Assembly (NCBI GenBank): GCA_024137785.1
Contig: JAHRHZ010000066.1
Location: forward strand, 10,312,262 to 10,376,261
DNA length: 64,000 bases
Direction: 5' to 3'
Source: Ginglymostoma cirratum
Taxonomy: Eukaryota
Position 1 is the stretch's first letter. Every line of letters begins with the position of its first letter. Of the stretch, positions 24,318 through 36,757 are shown piece by piece. The notes beneath the pieces are model-generated. The model had not been told where the DNA came from, searched no databases, and saw only the letters and a list, made by a program, of their open reading frames with translations. The position numbers and the translations under genes were made by a program.

Positions 24318-26444
24318 ACAAGACATTTTGGTGTCAGACGTTATTGCAGCAGGTCAGAACATTATAAAGAACAAGATTAATAAGGGGTCGGGGATGGGTT
24401 AGTCATAAGAATGTGTGGGGAAGTCAGTTCTTTGGAAATCTAAAGGGAGAAGTTGAGGCAGTGGGTTAGGGATTTGGGTCAATACAGACAGTATGGGATT
24501 GGAGTTTAACGATCATAATCGAATCAGGGAGTTGGCTCCATGCAAAAAATAGTAACAAAAATAACAATAAAAGCTCTTTACCTGATTTCACAAAGTGCTT
24601 GTAATGAGATAGACAAATTAGAGGCACAATGGAAATAATCGAATCATCACAACACAGTCATGTGGGATTTTTTCTGAGACGGCATTGCTCAATTCTAAAT
24701 TAAGAGTGACCCCACTAGCGGGTAGCAGAACCTAGGATGGCAATGGGACCCAAGCCATTAGATTGCCAGCAGCAGCGTATTAAGGAGGCATTGCTGGACC
24801 TGCCATCCAATGAAAGAGGCCACTCACATCCTAAAACTGCCAATCTCATTCACTACTCATTCACTACCTGAGTCCAGGCCCGAAACGTCAGCCTTCCTGC
24901 TCCTCTGATGCTGCTTGGCCTGCTGTGTTCATCCAGCTCTACACCTTTCCCTCAGTGGGAATTCAGGTAGGGTCTAGGAAGACAGCCCAGTGATTGTTTG
25001 GAGTGTGTGGGGAGAGGGATGGGTGCCTAGACTGTGGTGCTTAAGGAGTACTGCTGGTGCTGATGGGATGGCTGATATCACCAGGTGGTTCTCCATGGGT
25101 AATAGAGTGCCTGAAAAGGAGAGTCCTCACCTGCCTAGCACACACTGGGTGGATGCTGTTTTAATGTGCATTGGCAGCAGGTCCTCACAAGCCGGATCAA
25201 ATATTTGTGAACTTGGAAAGTGACCATTAAATGACCACATAATTGGCTCAACTGCCCACTCAGCCAGCGACTGCCAGCTTACCCACTGTCATGCCATGTC
25301 AGAGGTAGATGACATTGAACAGCCTTCACAACATCATTTGTAACCATTTGCCAGCCCTCCTACTTTCCAGTTAACTGCCAAGACACTCACAAAATTCCAT
25401 CTATGGTTACAAGAGTTTGGGAAATAAATATTTGCACGTTCATAATAAATTGAAAAGATGGGTAGAATGGAAAAAGTGGAGGATTGGCATTGATAATAAA
25501 GGATGACACAGGGACAGTAGGAAAGGATCTTGGCTCAGACAATCAGGAAGCATTGTCAGTATGAGGGGAGATTCAGAATAACAAGAGTCAGTAAATGTTG
25601 GTAGATGTAGTATATACTGGCCCATATCCTCCTGTTGGAAATTAGTCATTGCAGCAAGCTACTCTGAAGGATGCTTTACGGGATCACAAGAAGTCCCAAA
25701 GCAGTGACTCTGCAGGAATTGTCCAAGATGTTTAAGCTTTTCTAATGGCAAATACCAAGCATTTGGAACCCTTGCAAAAAGTCACCAACTCTGTTAGGGT
25801 CAGAGATTTCAGAGGCTTTTGTCTCAAATATATGGATAGTTACCCGGGGAAGTTAAATAGATTAAAACTTGCTCTTACTCTTGGGTAACTATAAAACTGA
25901 CTTCCCCCATCTGACTTACCACTGACCTTTCCACAAACCTTTGACTTCTCTACAACCAGAGCCCCCACTGACATCTATCAACCTGACCCCAGAACCCAAC
26001 TCCCCTGAGCTGACTCATGATTCTCCTACCACTTACCTGCCACCCCATCCTCTCACTTATTCACCTTCTCCTTTCACTGACTTGCCTCCTCAGTTACCAT
26101 TTGTCACCCTACCCCTCACCCAATGCCTAACGCATTTACATTCTTGCTGTATCCTGTCAAAGTGCCTTTGTAACCTAATTGGAATATTAGCTGCCATTAA
26201 AATGGTATCATGGCTTTTTTCCAGTGCTGATTCTGTGCTTTGATGGAATTCATCCAGGACAAGAGCATTCTGTGTTTCATGAGAGGCCCCATCCAGAAGA
26301 CCAAGCCAGAAATGCAGAATCCCTGGGAAGGGGAAGGAAAAATGGACAATATCCAAATCAAAGAGTGATTGATACACATTGTAAGATTCAGCCCATTGTG
26401 TAATATATGTAATATATTAACCGCAACACCTTAACTTACATGTT

Positions 26445-26720
26445 AGGGGAGATGGTAGCAGAGGGCAATATCATTAGAACAATAATCTAGAGATCCAGGC
26501 TGTTGACGCAGGTTCAAATCTTGCGACGGCAATGAATGGAGTTTAAATTATTTAATATAAAAATCTAGTTTTAGTAACAGTGACTGTGCCAATTTCCATC
26601 AATTGTTGTAAAATTCTATTTGCTTCACTAATGTGCTTTAGGGAAGGAAATCAGCTATCATTACTTGGTCTGACTGATACGTAAAATTGGATGAGTTTAA
26701 TTTCCTCTGAACTGCTTTGC
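26445..26720 (+). mobile_element. tRNA-derived SINE, 3'-truncated
   Basis: A/B-box-like head (gatggtagcagagggcaat...ggttcaaatc); body similar to the minus copy at 28575-28890. Confidence 0.6.
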
Positions 26721-28574
26721 AGCCCCACTGTAAAGTACACCCCCTATTGCACACTGCAATAACAACCAAAATGAGGACAATGATTGACTGGTTGAGGGAC
26801 TCGACATTTGTAAAATTTTAGGAAACTTCCCCAGCCCTTGGTGTACTATTATTTCTCATATTGGGCCAATGCAACTGGATAAACTTGCATTTTGTAATGG
26901 CAACAGAACACGAAGTAACACAGTGACCGTGATGCAAGTGGAAAATATTATCTTGTTCCTTCTCATTGTCAGTGAAGGAAATACAGCCTATAGTAAGGTG
27001 CAAAATTATATATAAGACATTTTCTGAGAGTCCTGCAATACTCTCAAATACTTTTGTTAGGTTTGGTTTACTTTTGATGCATGGTTAAATTATTAAAGCT
27101 CTCTCATAGCTCAATTTTCTTACTGTTTCCCATTTATATAATAAACACACCATTGATTTCATATCAATTATTAACACAATAATTAAAATAATGTATTTGT
27201 TCCTGCCTGTTGACAACAAATTGACAGCAATGATTGCAATTGAAAGGGTCTCTTTATACAGACACATAAATGTTTAAAAAGATAAGCATATTTGGCATCA
27301 GACGAGCACATCAACTTTCCGGCTGCTCTGATGCTGCCAGGCCTGCTGTGTTCCTCCAGCTCCATACTGTTGTCTCTTGACTCCAACATCGGCAGTTCTT
27401 GCTGTCTCCGAGCATATTTGGCATTCATGTGTGCTGGAGTTAATTGGCTAGGCCATGCAAGTTCTTCCTCTACAAAAACCGAAAGAATTGCAAATGCTGT
27501 AAATCGGGAACAGGATCTTTTTCTTCACAGATGCTGCCATACCTGCTGAGCTTTTCCAGCAACGTCTGTTTTTTGTTCTTCCTCTATACCTCAGTATGGG
27601 GTGTTGGTAAAGGTCTCATGCGATTTGACATAGTCTAGTCGTTGGGGTGACGACCCTGTTACAGGAAATGTTCGAACACAGAGTCACAGAGCCAGCAATT
27701 GTTGCATCAGGCGGACTAAAGTGCTCACTTTTACAGGAGGAGCAAGTTGCAGCAAAGGAGCCTAATGCAGCACTTACTGAAGACGGCCAACTCCTTCACG
27801 TCCAGTGAGTTACTCGGACGTGCTCCTAGCCTGACGGTAGGGCGAGTTTTATGCCTCGCCGACCGGTCCTTTTCGAATCGAGATAAGAAGCTCATAAAGA
27901 TCCGGGATGCCCCCCGACTGAAGAGGCGATCATCAGCAGTGAGTGTCAGCGAGCCTGGGTTTGAATTCAATGTGTTTGCAAAGAGGTGTGCTGTGATGTA
28001 TACACACTGGAACTGATTGTACCCTGAAAGCAGAAACAAACTCGGAAAACTTTTGTGAATTTTATTCAAAATGAGAAAGAATTGCAGTATCATTTAACAG
28101 ACAAGAGCTGAGATCTCCAAAGTCCACGTAGAAGACCTAAAACGGAAATAAAATGACAAATATTGGATATACACACTAAGGTGCTAGAAAATCTGACAAC
28201 CATTAAATTTCCTTATAAAAGCTGAATCCCTCTTGCATCTGAAACAGATGATTTCATTTGTGTCAGAGGAAGCACGGCTGAAGCTTCACAACCTTGTTCT
28301 CGCAAGTGACTACTGAGGTCTCACTACAAAACTCCTCGCAAATCTCTCTATTTCATGAATGAAATCCTCTCTCCAAAGGAAAGCCCCTGATACTGCACTC
28401 ACACGTTTTGTTCAAAATACGAGAGTGTAATGTTGTGGATGCCTTAAAGTTTTCAACATCAGGAAAGGCCTGGACAGAGTAGGTTACATCTGATTTAAGA
28501 ATATCGGCAAAAGAATCACTTTGCAAGAGAGGTGGCCTGAGAAAAAAAAAACTTCTTATGCAGTAATTTTTAAA

Positions 28575-28890
28575 AATTTGTTCATGGGATGTGGGCATTG
28601 CTGGCTGGGTCAGCATTTACTGCTGAACACTAATTTTCCAGAAGAGTCAATCACGTTGTTGTGGACTAGGTAAAGATAGTAGGTTTCCTTCCCCAAAGGT
28701 AAGAAGTGAACCAGACAATCGATAATGATTAAATGGTCACCATTAGACTACCCTTCTTTAAATTCCAAATTCTTAAAATTGAATCCAAATTTCACCATCT
28801 GTTATGGTGAGATTCAAGCCCGTGTTCCCAGAACAGTTGCTTAGAAGTGACTTGATTACCAGTGACATTACCACTACACCACTATCGCTC
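28575..28890 (-). mobile_element. tRNA-derived SINE whose 3' tail matches the LINE at 31675-32855
   Basis: Minus strand ends ...gccagcaatgcccacatcccatgaacaaat; the LINE ends ...gccaacgatgcccatgtcccatgaatgaataaa. Confidence 0.65.
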
Positions 28891-30411
28891 CAGGTTAAGA
28901 TCTGGAATAGACTGCCTGGAAGCAATTTTATTCAAGAGGGAAATGGAAAGTCCGAACGTTTAAAGAATGAAGTGTAGAGGCCAGGCTCAAAACAGTTAAG
29001 GAATGTGCAGGGCTAGGTGGAGAAGGTGGGGGAATGACACTGAATGAATTGCTTCTTCAGAGGGACAGCACAGACATAGTGGGCTCAATGGCCAATTCTG
29101 TGCTGTAACCAGTATGTGATTTTGTGGAAATCTTAAATAATGATTATAATGGCTCCAGTTAATACAGAATGGAATATTATCACTTTATATTCGTGATAAT
29201 CTTGCAAAACAATCTTCCTCATAATTCAAACAAATTTTAGCATCAAGGTACTGAGGCCTCAGCCTATACCATTGAGTTTAAGTCATCATTTGTGTTTTGT
29301 GAAAATTAAAGAAGGCATCTATTCGTGTATTGGAAGATGCAGCTTTTATCATCCCTGCCTTCAATTCCGTATTCCTCATTATTCATAAATGGATCTTTTA
29401 AAATAAGACAAATAGTGGCACCAACAAACTTCTCAGTGAGAACTGGACACTTTTTGTTCTTCTAAATAATTTCTAACTCATGGAATGAATTATCAGTCCT
29501 GAACACCTAATATATTAAACATCAAGATGGGTAATACCATCTAACCATGATTCAGTTCTTGACATTTCCTAAGTAAAATACAAAGAAAGATAAATGAAGC
29601 CATTGTTGCAACTGATCTAATGCCCCTCAAAAATGTATTGATTATGTAAAGTAAGCCACTTAATGTGCACATCCCATTTCTTCTGGCATCTCTGGTGGAT
29701 AATAGAAGTAGACAACTTGATCATCTCAAAAGTAACATTGCTGAGGACAAATGAACAGTATTGACAAATAAAAATCAGCAGGCTTAAAGATTGAATTATA
29801 GAGGCTAGAATCAAGGCAGCTAAGGAACAAAGAGGGAGAAAACCAGCTAAACTTCTGGTTGCATTTATTACTCAACAGTACCTGCTGGAAATGGTGCATG
29901 AGTTAAATAATGGAGTGCGCTGGTGATGTTTTATATGTGGTTGCTAACACTCACTATTTAGCTCACACATGAAGACTGGAAACTTGTGCTAAGTAGACTA
30001 CTGATTTCACTGAAAACATACCTCTGAAAGGCTCTGGCATCTTCTGGAGAGGTGGAACACATGTGCAATCCTGAAGTTTGAAGCTGGCATTTACTCTCAT
30101 AATATGAATGCAATGGGGAATACAAATCAGTAATGTCAGTGCAAAAGAGCAGGGAATTTTGAAAAGTAACATTCACATTTTTTAGGATCTGGTTCTGCCT
30201 ACAAAATTAATGAAGCCTCCAGGTGATGTTGCTAGATTCCACTATTTTTGCTATTCATTTCTTATGCATCATCAGGTGCTTTTAAAGCACTATCTTCATA
30301 ATAAAGTGTTTAATTTATGAAGAAAATGACTAAAGTACACCAATTTGCTTAAAAAAATCAATTATTTAATATCAGATTCTTAAAAAGGGGATGACTGGAC
30401 ACATTTTACAA

Positions 30412-30515
30412 ATACGAAAACAGAAGTTGCTGGAAAAATTCAGCAGGTGTGGCAGCATCTGTGAAGAAAAAAATCAGAGTTAAAGATTCAGGTCCAGTGA
30501 CCCTTCCTCAGAATT
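30412..30515 (-). mobile_element. Penelope-derived short repeat, decayed hammerhead
   Basis: Minus strand aattCTGAGGAagggtcactggacctgaatctttaact. Confidence 0.7.
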
Positions 30516-31674
30516 GAACTGAACTGAAACATTCCTTCATTTTTGTTTTTAGCATTGTATTACAGAAGCACATTGTAAAGTTGTCCTTTAATTATTTTTA
30601 AATGTAGAGTTAAAATATTAATCTTGATAGAAATAAAGTAGAAATTTATAACCTATTTGCAACTTGCAATCTTAAAACTGGGCCTTTTAATTTGCAGATT
30701 CCAGCTTATGAAACCATTCCAGAACAGCCATTGGAAGAGAGAAACAGTCCAGTTATGTCAAGCGATGAAGCGTATCTCATTCACTTTCACAACACAAGTG
30801 AAGAAGTGAATAGATTAGAGAAAGTACACCACGACTATGTCAAATTTTAAATTCAGATGAATTTCTAATAGAAAATAATGTATAAAATATGAGTTTATAA
30901 AATTGCATCCAATATTTCTTTGGATGACTGTCATTAAGAAAACCTGACTCCTAGTAAAAATAAACAGATTTGTAGGACATAGTTCCCAAAGCAATGATAA
31001 AAATCCCAAACATAGCTGGAACATTGTGCACTAAGTGTGGAAGTTGACATTCTGTAGACCGTTGATACTGCTTACAAGGAGATGCCTTGAAGAGAGGAAA
31101 GATGTGATTAATGACTCAGTATCAAATTATGGTACAGTACATGCAGTGATATCGTCGGGTGGAATAGTTGGACCAGGTTAATATATCCACAGGTAAACAC
31201 ACACTGAAGTGGGTTTTCAACTTCCTGACTGGATTTGCTCCTAGAGTTGTGGAATCCCCATTGCAGCAACTATCCGATCTTCATTTCATTGAGTTGCGTG
31301 GTTTCTATAACAGGCATTCGCTCCAAGCTGCCAGTGTTATGTCAACATGCCAAGTTGAAATCTGCCTGAGTGGCTTTCAAAGCTAATATAACACATAATC
31401 AGCACATCCCCAGTGTTTATCATGGCTTGAGTTTACCAACTCTAATGTGGATTTTTCTACATGCATTTGCAAATCCACTGCCACCAGTTTAGTGGAAAAT
31501 TCCTGTTGATTGTCAGTTCCATTTTATCCTGGACTTGTTGCCTTCAGTTACTGCAGAAGATCAAAGGAAATTTCAAGAAAATTCTTGTTTACCTCTGAGT
31601 TTCCTTTACAGCTCTACTGTTTTCTTCTTTCTTTATTACGCTTTATGTTTAATTTTTTAAAACATTAACTGCAG

Positions 31675-32855
31675 AGAGATGGTGAGAGTAATTGTCCTTG
31701 ACATCAAGTCCACATTTGACTGAGCGCAGCGTCAAGAAGCATTAACAAAACTAAAGTCGATGGAGATTGGGGAAAATCTTGCCCCTGAGTGGAGTTATAC
31801 CTCGTACAAAGAAACTTGATTGTAGTTGTTCAGGGCAGTCAACTAAGCTTCAGGACATCCCTATAAGTGTTCCTCAGGGCAGTGTTCTTGGCCCAAACAT
31901 CTTCAGTTGCTTCATCAATGATCTTTCCCACATCATAAAATCTAAAATGGGGATGTTTACTGCTGATTACACAATGGTCAATCTTATTCATAACTCCTTA
32001 CACTGTGCAGATCATATCCAAATGTAGCTAGACCTGGACAATAGCCAGGCTTGAGCAGGCAAGTTGTAAGTAACATTTGTGCCACTCATGTGCCAGGCAA
32101 TGACCACCTCCAACAAGAGAACTTCTAACCATCATCCTTTGACATTCTGTAACGTTGCCATCTCTGAAGCCCTCACTATCAACATCCTGGGGATTGCCAT
32201 TAAGCAGACATTGATCTGGACCATATTAATACAGTGGTTACAATTGTCGGTCAGAGCATTGGAATCCTGCAGTGTGTAATTCACCTTGCAGCTCCCCAAG
32301 CCTGCCCACCATCCACAAGGCACACGTGAGGGCTGTGATAGAATAGTCCCTGCTTGCCTGGATGGCTGCAGCTCCAACAACACTCAAGAAGCTTGACACC
32401 ATCCAAGATAAGGCAGCCTGTTTGATTTGCCCTACATCCACAAATAATTACTCCCTCCACTACCAACAAACATGTAGTGCATGTGTAGATTTCAGTGTGT
32501 ACCATCAACATGCAACACTGCAACAACTCATCGAAGGTCTCTAGATAGCGCATTCCAAACCCATGACCACTACCATCCAGAAGGACGGGTGAAGCAGCCA
32601 TATGGGAACATTGCCACCTGCAGTTCCCCTCCAAGCCACTCACCATCCTAGCTTGGAAATATATCACCTTTTCTTCAGTGTCATTGAGTCAAAATTTTGG
32701 AACTCCATCTCTAACAGCACTTTGAGTCTACTTACATCAAATAGACTGGAGCATCTGAAAAGGCAACTCACCACCACATTCTCAAGGGAGCCTAGGGATG
32801 GAGAATAATTGCAAGCCCATGCCAACGATGCCCATGTCCCATGAATGAATAAATT
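31675..32855 (+). mobile_element. 5'-truncated CR1/L2-clade LINE (RT C-terminal half and 3' UTR)
   Basis: SVPQGSVLGPNIFSCFINDL...GMFTADYT (RT motifs PQGSVLGP and a decayed FADD); AAPTTLKKLDTIQDKAACLI. Confidence 0.85.
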
Positions 32856-33979
32856 AAATAACATTTGACAGGTTCATTTATGGATCCGTAGGCCATTCAA
32901 GAGAGAAATTAGGAAACATTTCTTCACACCGAGGCTTAGAACTCCCTCTCAGAACAAAGCTCTAAAGGCTAGCTTAATTAATAATTTTGAAGAAATTACC
33001 AGAACAAAAGCTATCAAAGAATATGGAGCCAAGGTGAGTGGATGGAGGTAGAATATGGGTGTATCATGAAGCTATTGAAGAGCAATCCATCAGTTGAATG
33101 GTTTACCTCCATTTCTGTTTCCATTTTCCATGCATTTTGAGTGACGAAGTCACATAGGCAAGTAAAGTACCCAAATCAATCCTTGATCTTTGCTGATTTA
33201 ACTGATCTTGGCAGCGTGGTAAAGAAACTAGCACTGCCATCGGCACTACTGAGTTAGGAATAGCTTCCTCTTTCTTCCTCTATCCAATGATCATTGCTGG
33301 ATGTGGGCACATAAGAGTGTCAGCTGACGACAGAATTACACTTGGCAATACGAATCTGCCAGCACTGACTGACAGCGCTAACTTGTGAATGATACAAATT
33401 TGAAAGTCATTGGAACTGTATCTCAATAAGATGTCAATGCTTTCCGGTGAGGAGGATGGAAAAGTTAGCAAGAGGAGGATAAACACTGTTGATCAGTACT
33501 GACACTACCAAATAGAACTAGTATTTACTGTATTGCAAAACAAAATATGCCTGAATTAGTTTTGCATTAATACACAAACACGAAAGCCAATGAGAGACAA
33601 CAGAACCAAGCATATACAGAAAGTTCCTGTAAATCTCATATTCATTCTTAAATTATTTATCTTTAATTCTTCACAGTGTATAACTATCTGAGGCTCTGGC
33701 GGCACAATTGGTAGTGTCTCTGTCTCTGAGCCAGTAGCTCCTAGTTCAAATTCCACTCCAGGTTCATGTTCCATTCTGGGTTCATTTCGACTCCAGCACC
33801 ATGAAGGGTGTGTTCATGATGTGCTTCAACAGGGTGATTATCAACCTGGAAATTCTTCCAATATGCTAGTAGAACGAGGTAAGAACAGAGAAGCCTCTTT
33901 GTCAGCACACAACACTGCAGTGCAACACTTCCCCATGTTAAAAAAATTCCTTACACAGGATGGGACATGCTCTGTGGCA

Positions 33980-35400
33980 AGCATCCTCCTTGCATTAAGG
34001 GACTGACTATCAGAACAGGATATTATCTTGACTTGCAACTTTTTGGAATTTCTACAATCAGGCTAAAATGCGCAATGTATCCATTGAAACTGACAATAAT
34101 GTAAGGATAGATAGTTGAGAGTGGAACCATACAAAGGCAGAACAACTGAATGAATAATGGAGAAGAGATTTTGGGGAAGATGGAAGGGATAGTGCAACAT
34201 TGCCCCAGCAACCGTGTAAGTTATTTGTGATTCTGATTAGAGTCATTCTAATGCTGCAGGATTGGCAGAAACCTGATTGGAGAAATTCAGAGCGTGAGCC
34301 TCAAGAAAGATAAAAATGAGTTTGAAAGGCTACATGTTCAATAATTTGAAAAGGAAAGGGAAGTTGAGAATGGGAAGGAGTTTCCAAGGACAGAGAAATC
34401 TGGGGTTTGATTTATTTGAAGAAGAGGTTACTGACTATGGTTTTAAAATCTCAGAGAAAAAGCATCTGAGGAGAGGGAGCTGTCCATCATGTTGGGTTGA
34501 GTGGGACCAGGGAATAACATTGGATAGTCAACATTTTTTGAAATGGAGTTGAGATTAGGAGATGGCTTCAACTGAACAAGTAAAATGAATTAGTGCATTT
34601 GGAGATGGAAAGTGTGAGAGAGAAATAAAAGAATCAAGAAAGAGATACAGGCTCAGGGCTTGAGCAGGGAGGAATCTTGTGGGAAATTTGGATTAGAGTG
34701 CATAAGCAAATGGATGGCTTCAGTGTCAGTGACAATTAGTAAACTCTTCAGATGGGATACTGAAAGTGAATGGAATGGGCAGGGAAGTGGAGTGTAAGGG
34801 GTGGAGAGAAGAACTTGATGATTACCTTTGCTCCTCAAACTGATCCTGGAGCTCTCATTGGTATTGCTAGTGGGCAACAAGACCTGATTGATGCTGCCTA
34901 ACCTGAACGGTTGATAATTGGCTGTGCCAGACATGTGCCAGACAGGCTTAAGTCTGTACCTCTTAGAAATGTGCATTAGAAGACTTGAATCATATAAGAA
35001 GAACTAACCCTGATGGGTGAAAGAAAAGGTTTTACCTGAGACCAGGAGCATCAAAGAAGGTACATAGGAATGATTGAAATGATCACCATCTACAGAAGTA
35101 TGGTGGCCAGGGGATGGTTAAAAATCACTCTAAAATGTAAGTTTAAGTAAGTTTTTGAGGGGAGACTTTTTCAGTGAGGGATGTGAAACTGAAAGGTTAG
35201 GAGAGTGATTGTGAAAAAGGCTGGTCAGAGTTTGCCTTCTCTGTAATTGACAGGCCATGGAATATGGCAAGATTGAAGGGGTGGTCATGAAAATGGGTTT
35301 ATATGGAAGCGAATGTTCAGGGAAGATGGGATGGCTCTTGAACTCAGTAGAGAAAGGATAAGATGAGAAACACAGCAAAGCAAAAGCACAATAGAAATTC
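33980..35400 (-). mobile_element. Highly degenerate L2-type LINE
   Basis: Long purine-biased plus strand; minus strand has decayed endonuclease/RT-like composition. Confidence 0.45.
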
Positions 35401-36389
35401 TGTCATAGTCACAGAGCAAATCTTAGAGTCTGTCTTTTCAAATCAAGGGAGAAAGATAGGACAGAAGCAACATCACTAATTAAATGTTGGATACTGATAT
35501 TGATGTACCAGAGCCAACACCAGCAGAATTTATGAAGTGTAGAATTAATAACAGGTAGCGATTCCATCAAAAAATGATAAATTAATACTTTTGTTCCTGT
35601 ATGTATCTGAAGAATGCAAGGAGAACATATATCTTCATTTCAGTGCAATCATTCCACAAAATTCAATGCATTTATACATTTTTTACGAAAAATCTTCATT
35701 GGCATAAATGTCCTTCAGATTGCAGAGTTTTAATTATTTGATTAGACTCTCAATTAAATGAGTGGCTTTAATTTTCAGTTATGATTCAATGTGCATTCCT
35801 GGGAATTTACACTAAACGGGTATCAACAGTTGAAGACATGGCTTTTACAGAAAGAATACTTTGTTCTCCGTCCAACATAGAATATTGTTGCTTTGGTTTG
35901 GTGCCATAATGATACACAGAAAAGCTTCTGTGATTTAATCTGATTGAAAATGATCAGCGTACTGGTAGATTCAGTGCCTTGTAAGTGCAGGAGTTGTTAA
36001 ACAGCCTAACCAGCCAGTTAATTAGACAAAAATTCAGCTCTTAACCAATGATCCGATTTACCAAAATTCCTTCCATGCCTTACTCTAATCCACTTTGCCT
36101 ATTAGAAATCAGTCAAGGCTACACTGAACGAGTGGCATTTCTGTCTTCAGCTTGCACTGTGCTCTTGCGATTAACAGTGAATGAAACTGTATTAAGCATT
36201 TCCTTTGATGGCATGATTTCAGGGGCACACTCAAGGGAGGCAGAAAGTTTTCAAGCATTAGATACAATAAGTTACAAAAAAAAATTACGTTGAATATGGA
36301 ATGCATGCTCCTAATAACAGGGCACCATCACAAGCTTTAACAAGTACCATCACGTAGCAAAGCAATCATTTCAGAAAGAAAATGTTGTA

Positions 36390-36757
36390 CTCGGGATGTG
36401 TCAAGTTTTTTTATAGTCAACTGTGTTTGAAGTGTAATCCCTGTTGTAAAGTAGAAAACATAGCAGCCGATTTGGCAATGAACTCTTCTACAACAGCATT
36501 GAAGTGAATAATCAGATAATCTGTTTTAAGTGATGGGTGAGGATAAACCGCTGGCGAAGACATCAGTAGGACATTCCTGCTCTTCTTTAATCAGTGTAGT
36601 GGGGTCTTTTCTAACCACACAGGATAGCAGCTAGAGCCAAGAATCAATGTCTCATCTGAAAAACAGTGCTATTGACAGAACAACAATTTCTCAATACCAC
36701 ACTGGAGTAGGACTTTAACCCACAATCCGCTGACTCAGAGGCAAGAGTTCTGCCACT
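36390..36757 (-). mobile_element. Deu-domain (SacSINE1-like) SINE
   Basis: tRNA-like head on minus (gtggcagaactcttgcctctgagtcag...gtgggttaaagtcc) plus a body shared with 13597-14320. Confidence 0.6.

Larger units (their letters stand above)
21093..31190 (+). pseudogene. Putative decayed AP-5 zeta (AP5Z1)-like gene
   Basis: Colinear remnants: QSQQLLHQAD*SAHFYRRSKLQQRSLMQ (from 27687), RVLCLA, PGFEFNVF, AKLLVAFITQQYLLEMVHEL (29846-29905), QIPAY (30695), *DIVPKA (30973-30993). These resemble recalled AP5Z1 segments. Many stops, frameshifts and TE insertions. Confidence 0.55.

Noticed and set aside
27731-28093. Minus-strand 120-aa ORF with an acceptor-like site, and a TGC-TGA-TGA run hinting at selenocysteine
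   Set aside because: No recognisable domain, partner exons or SECIS; better explained as the antisense of the AP5Z1-like remnant.
30698-30850. Apparent terminal exon with tyrosine motifs (AYETI, DYVKF) like an immune receptor tail
   Set aside because: No transmembrane or ectodomain exons found upstream; it fits colinearly into the AP5Z1-like remnant instead.
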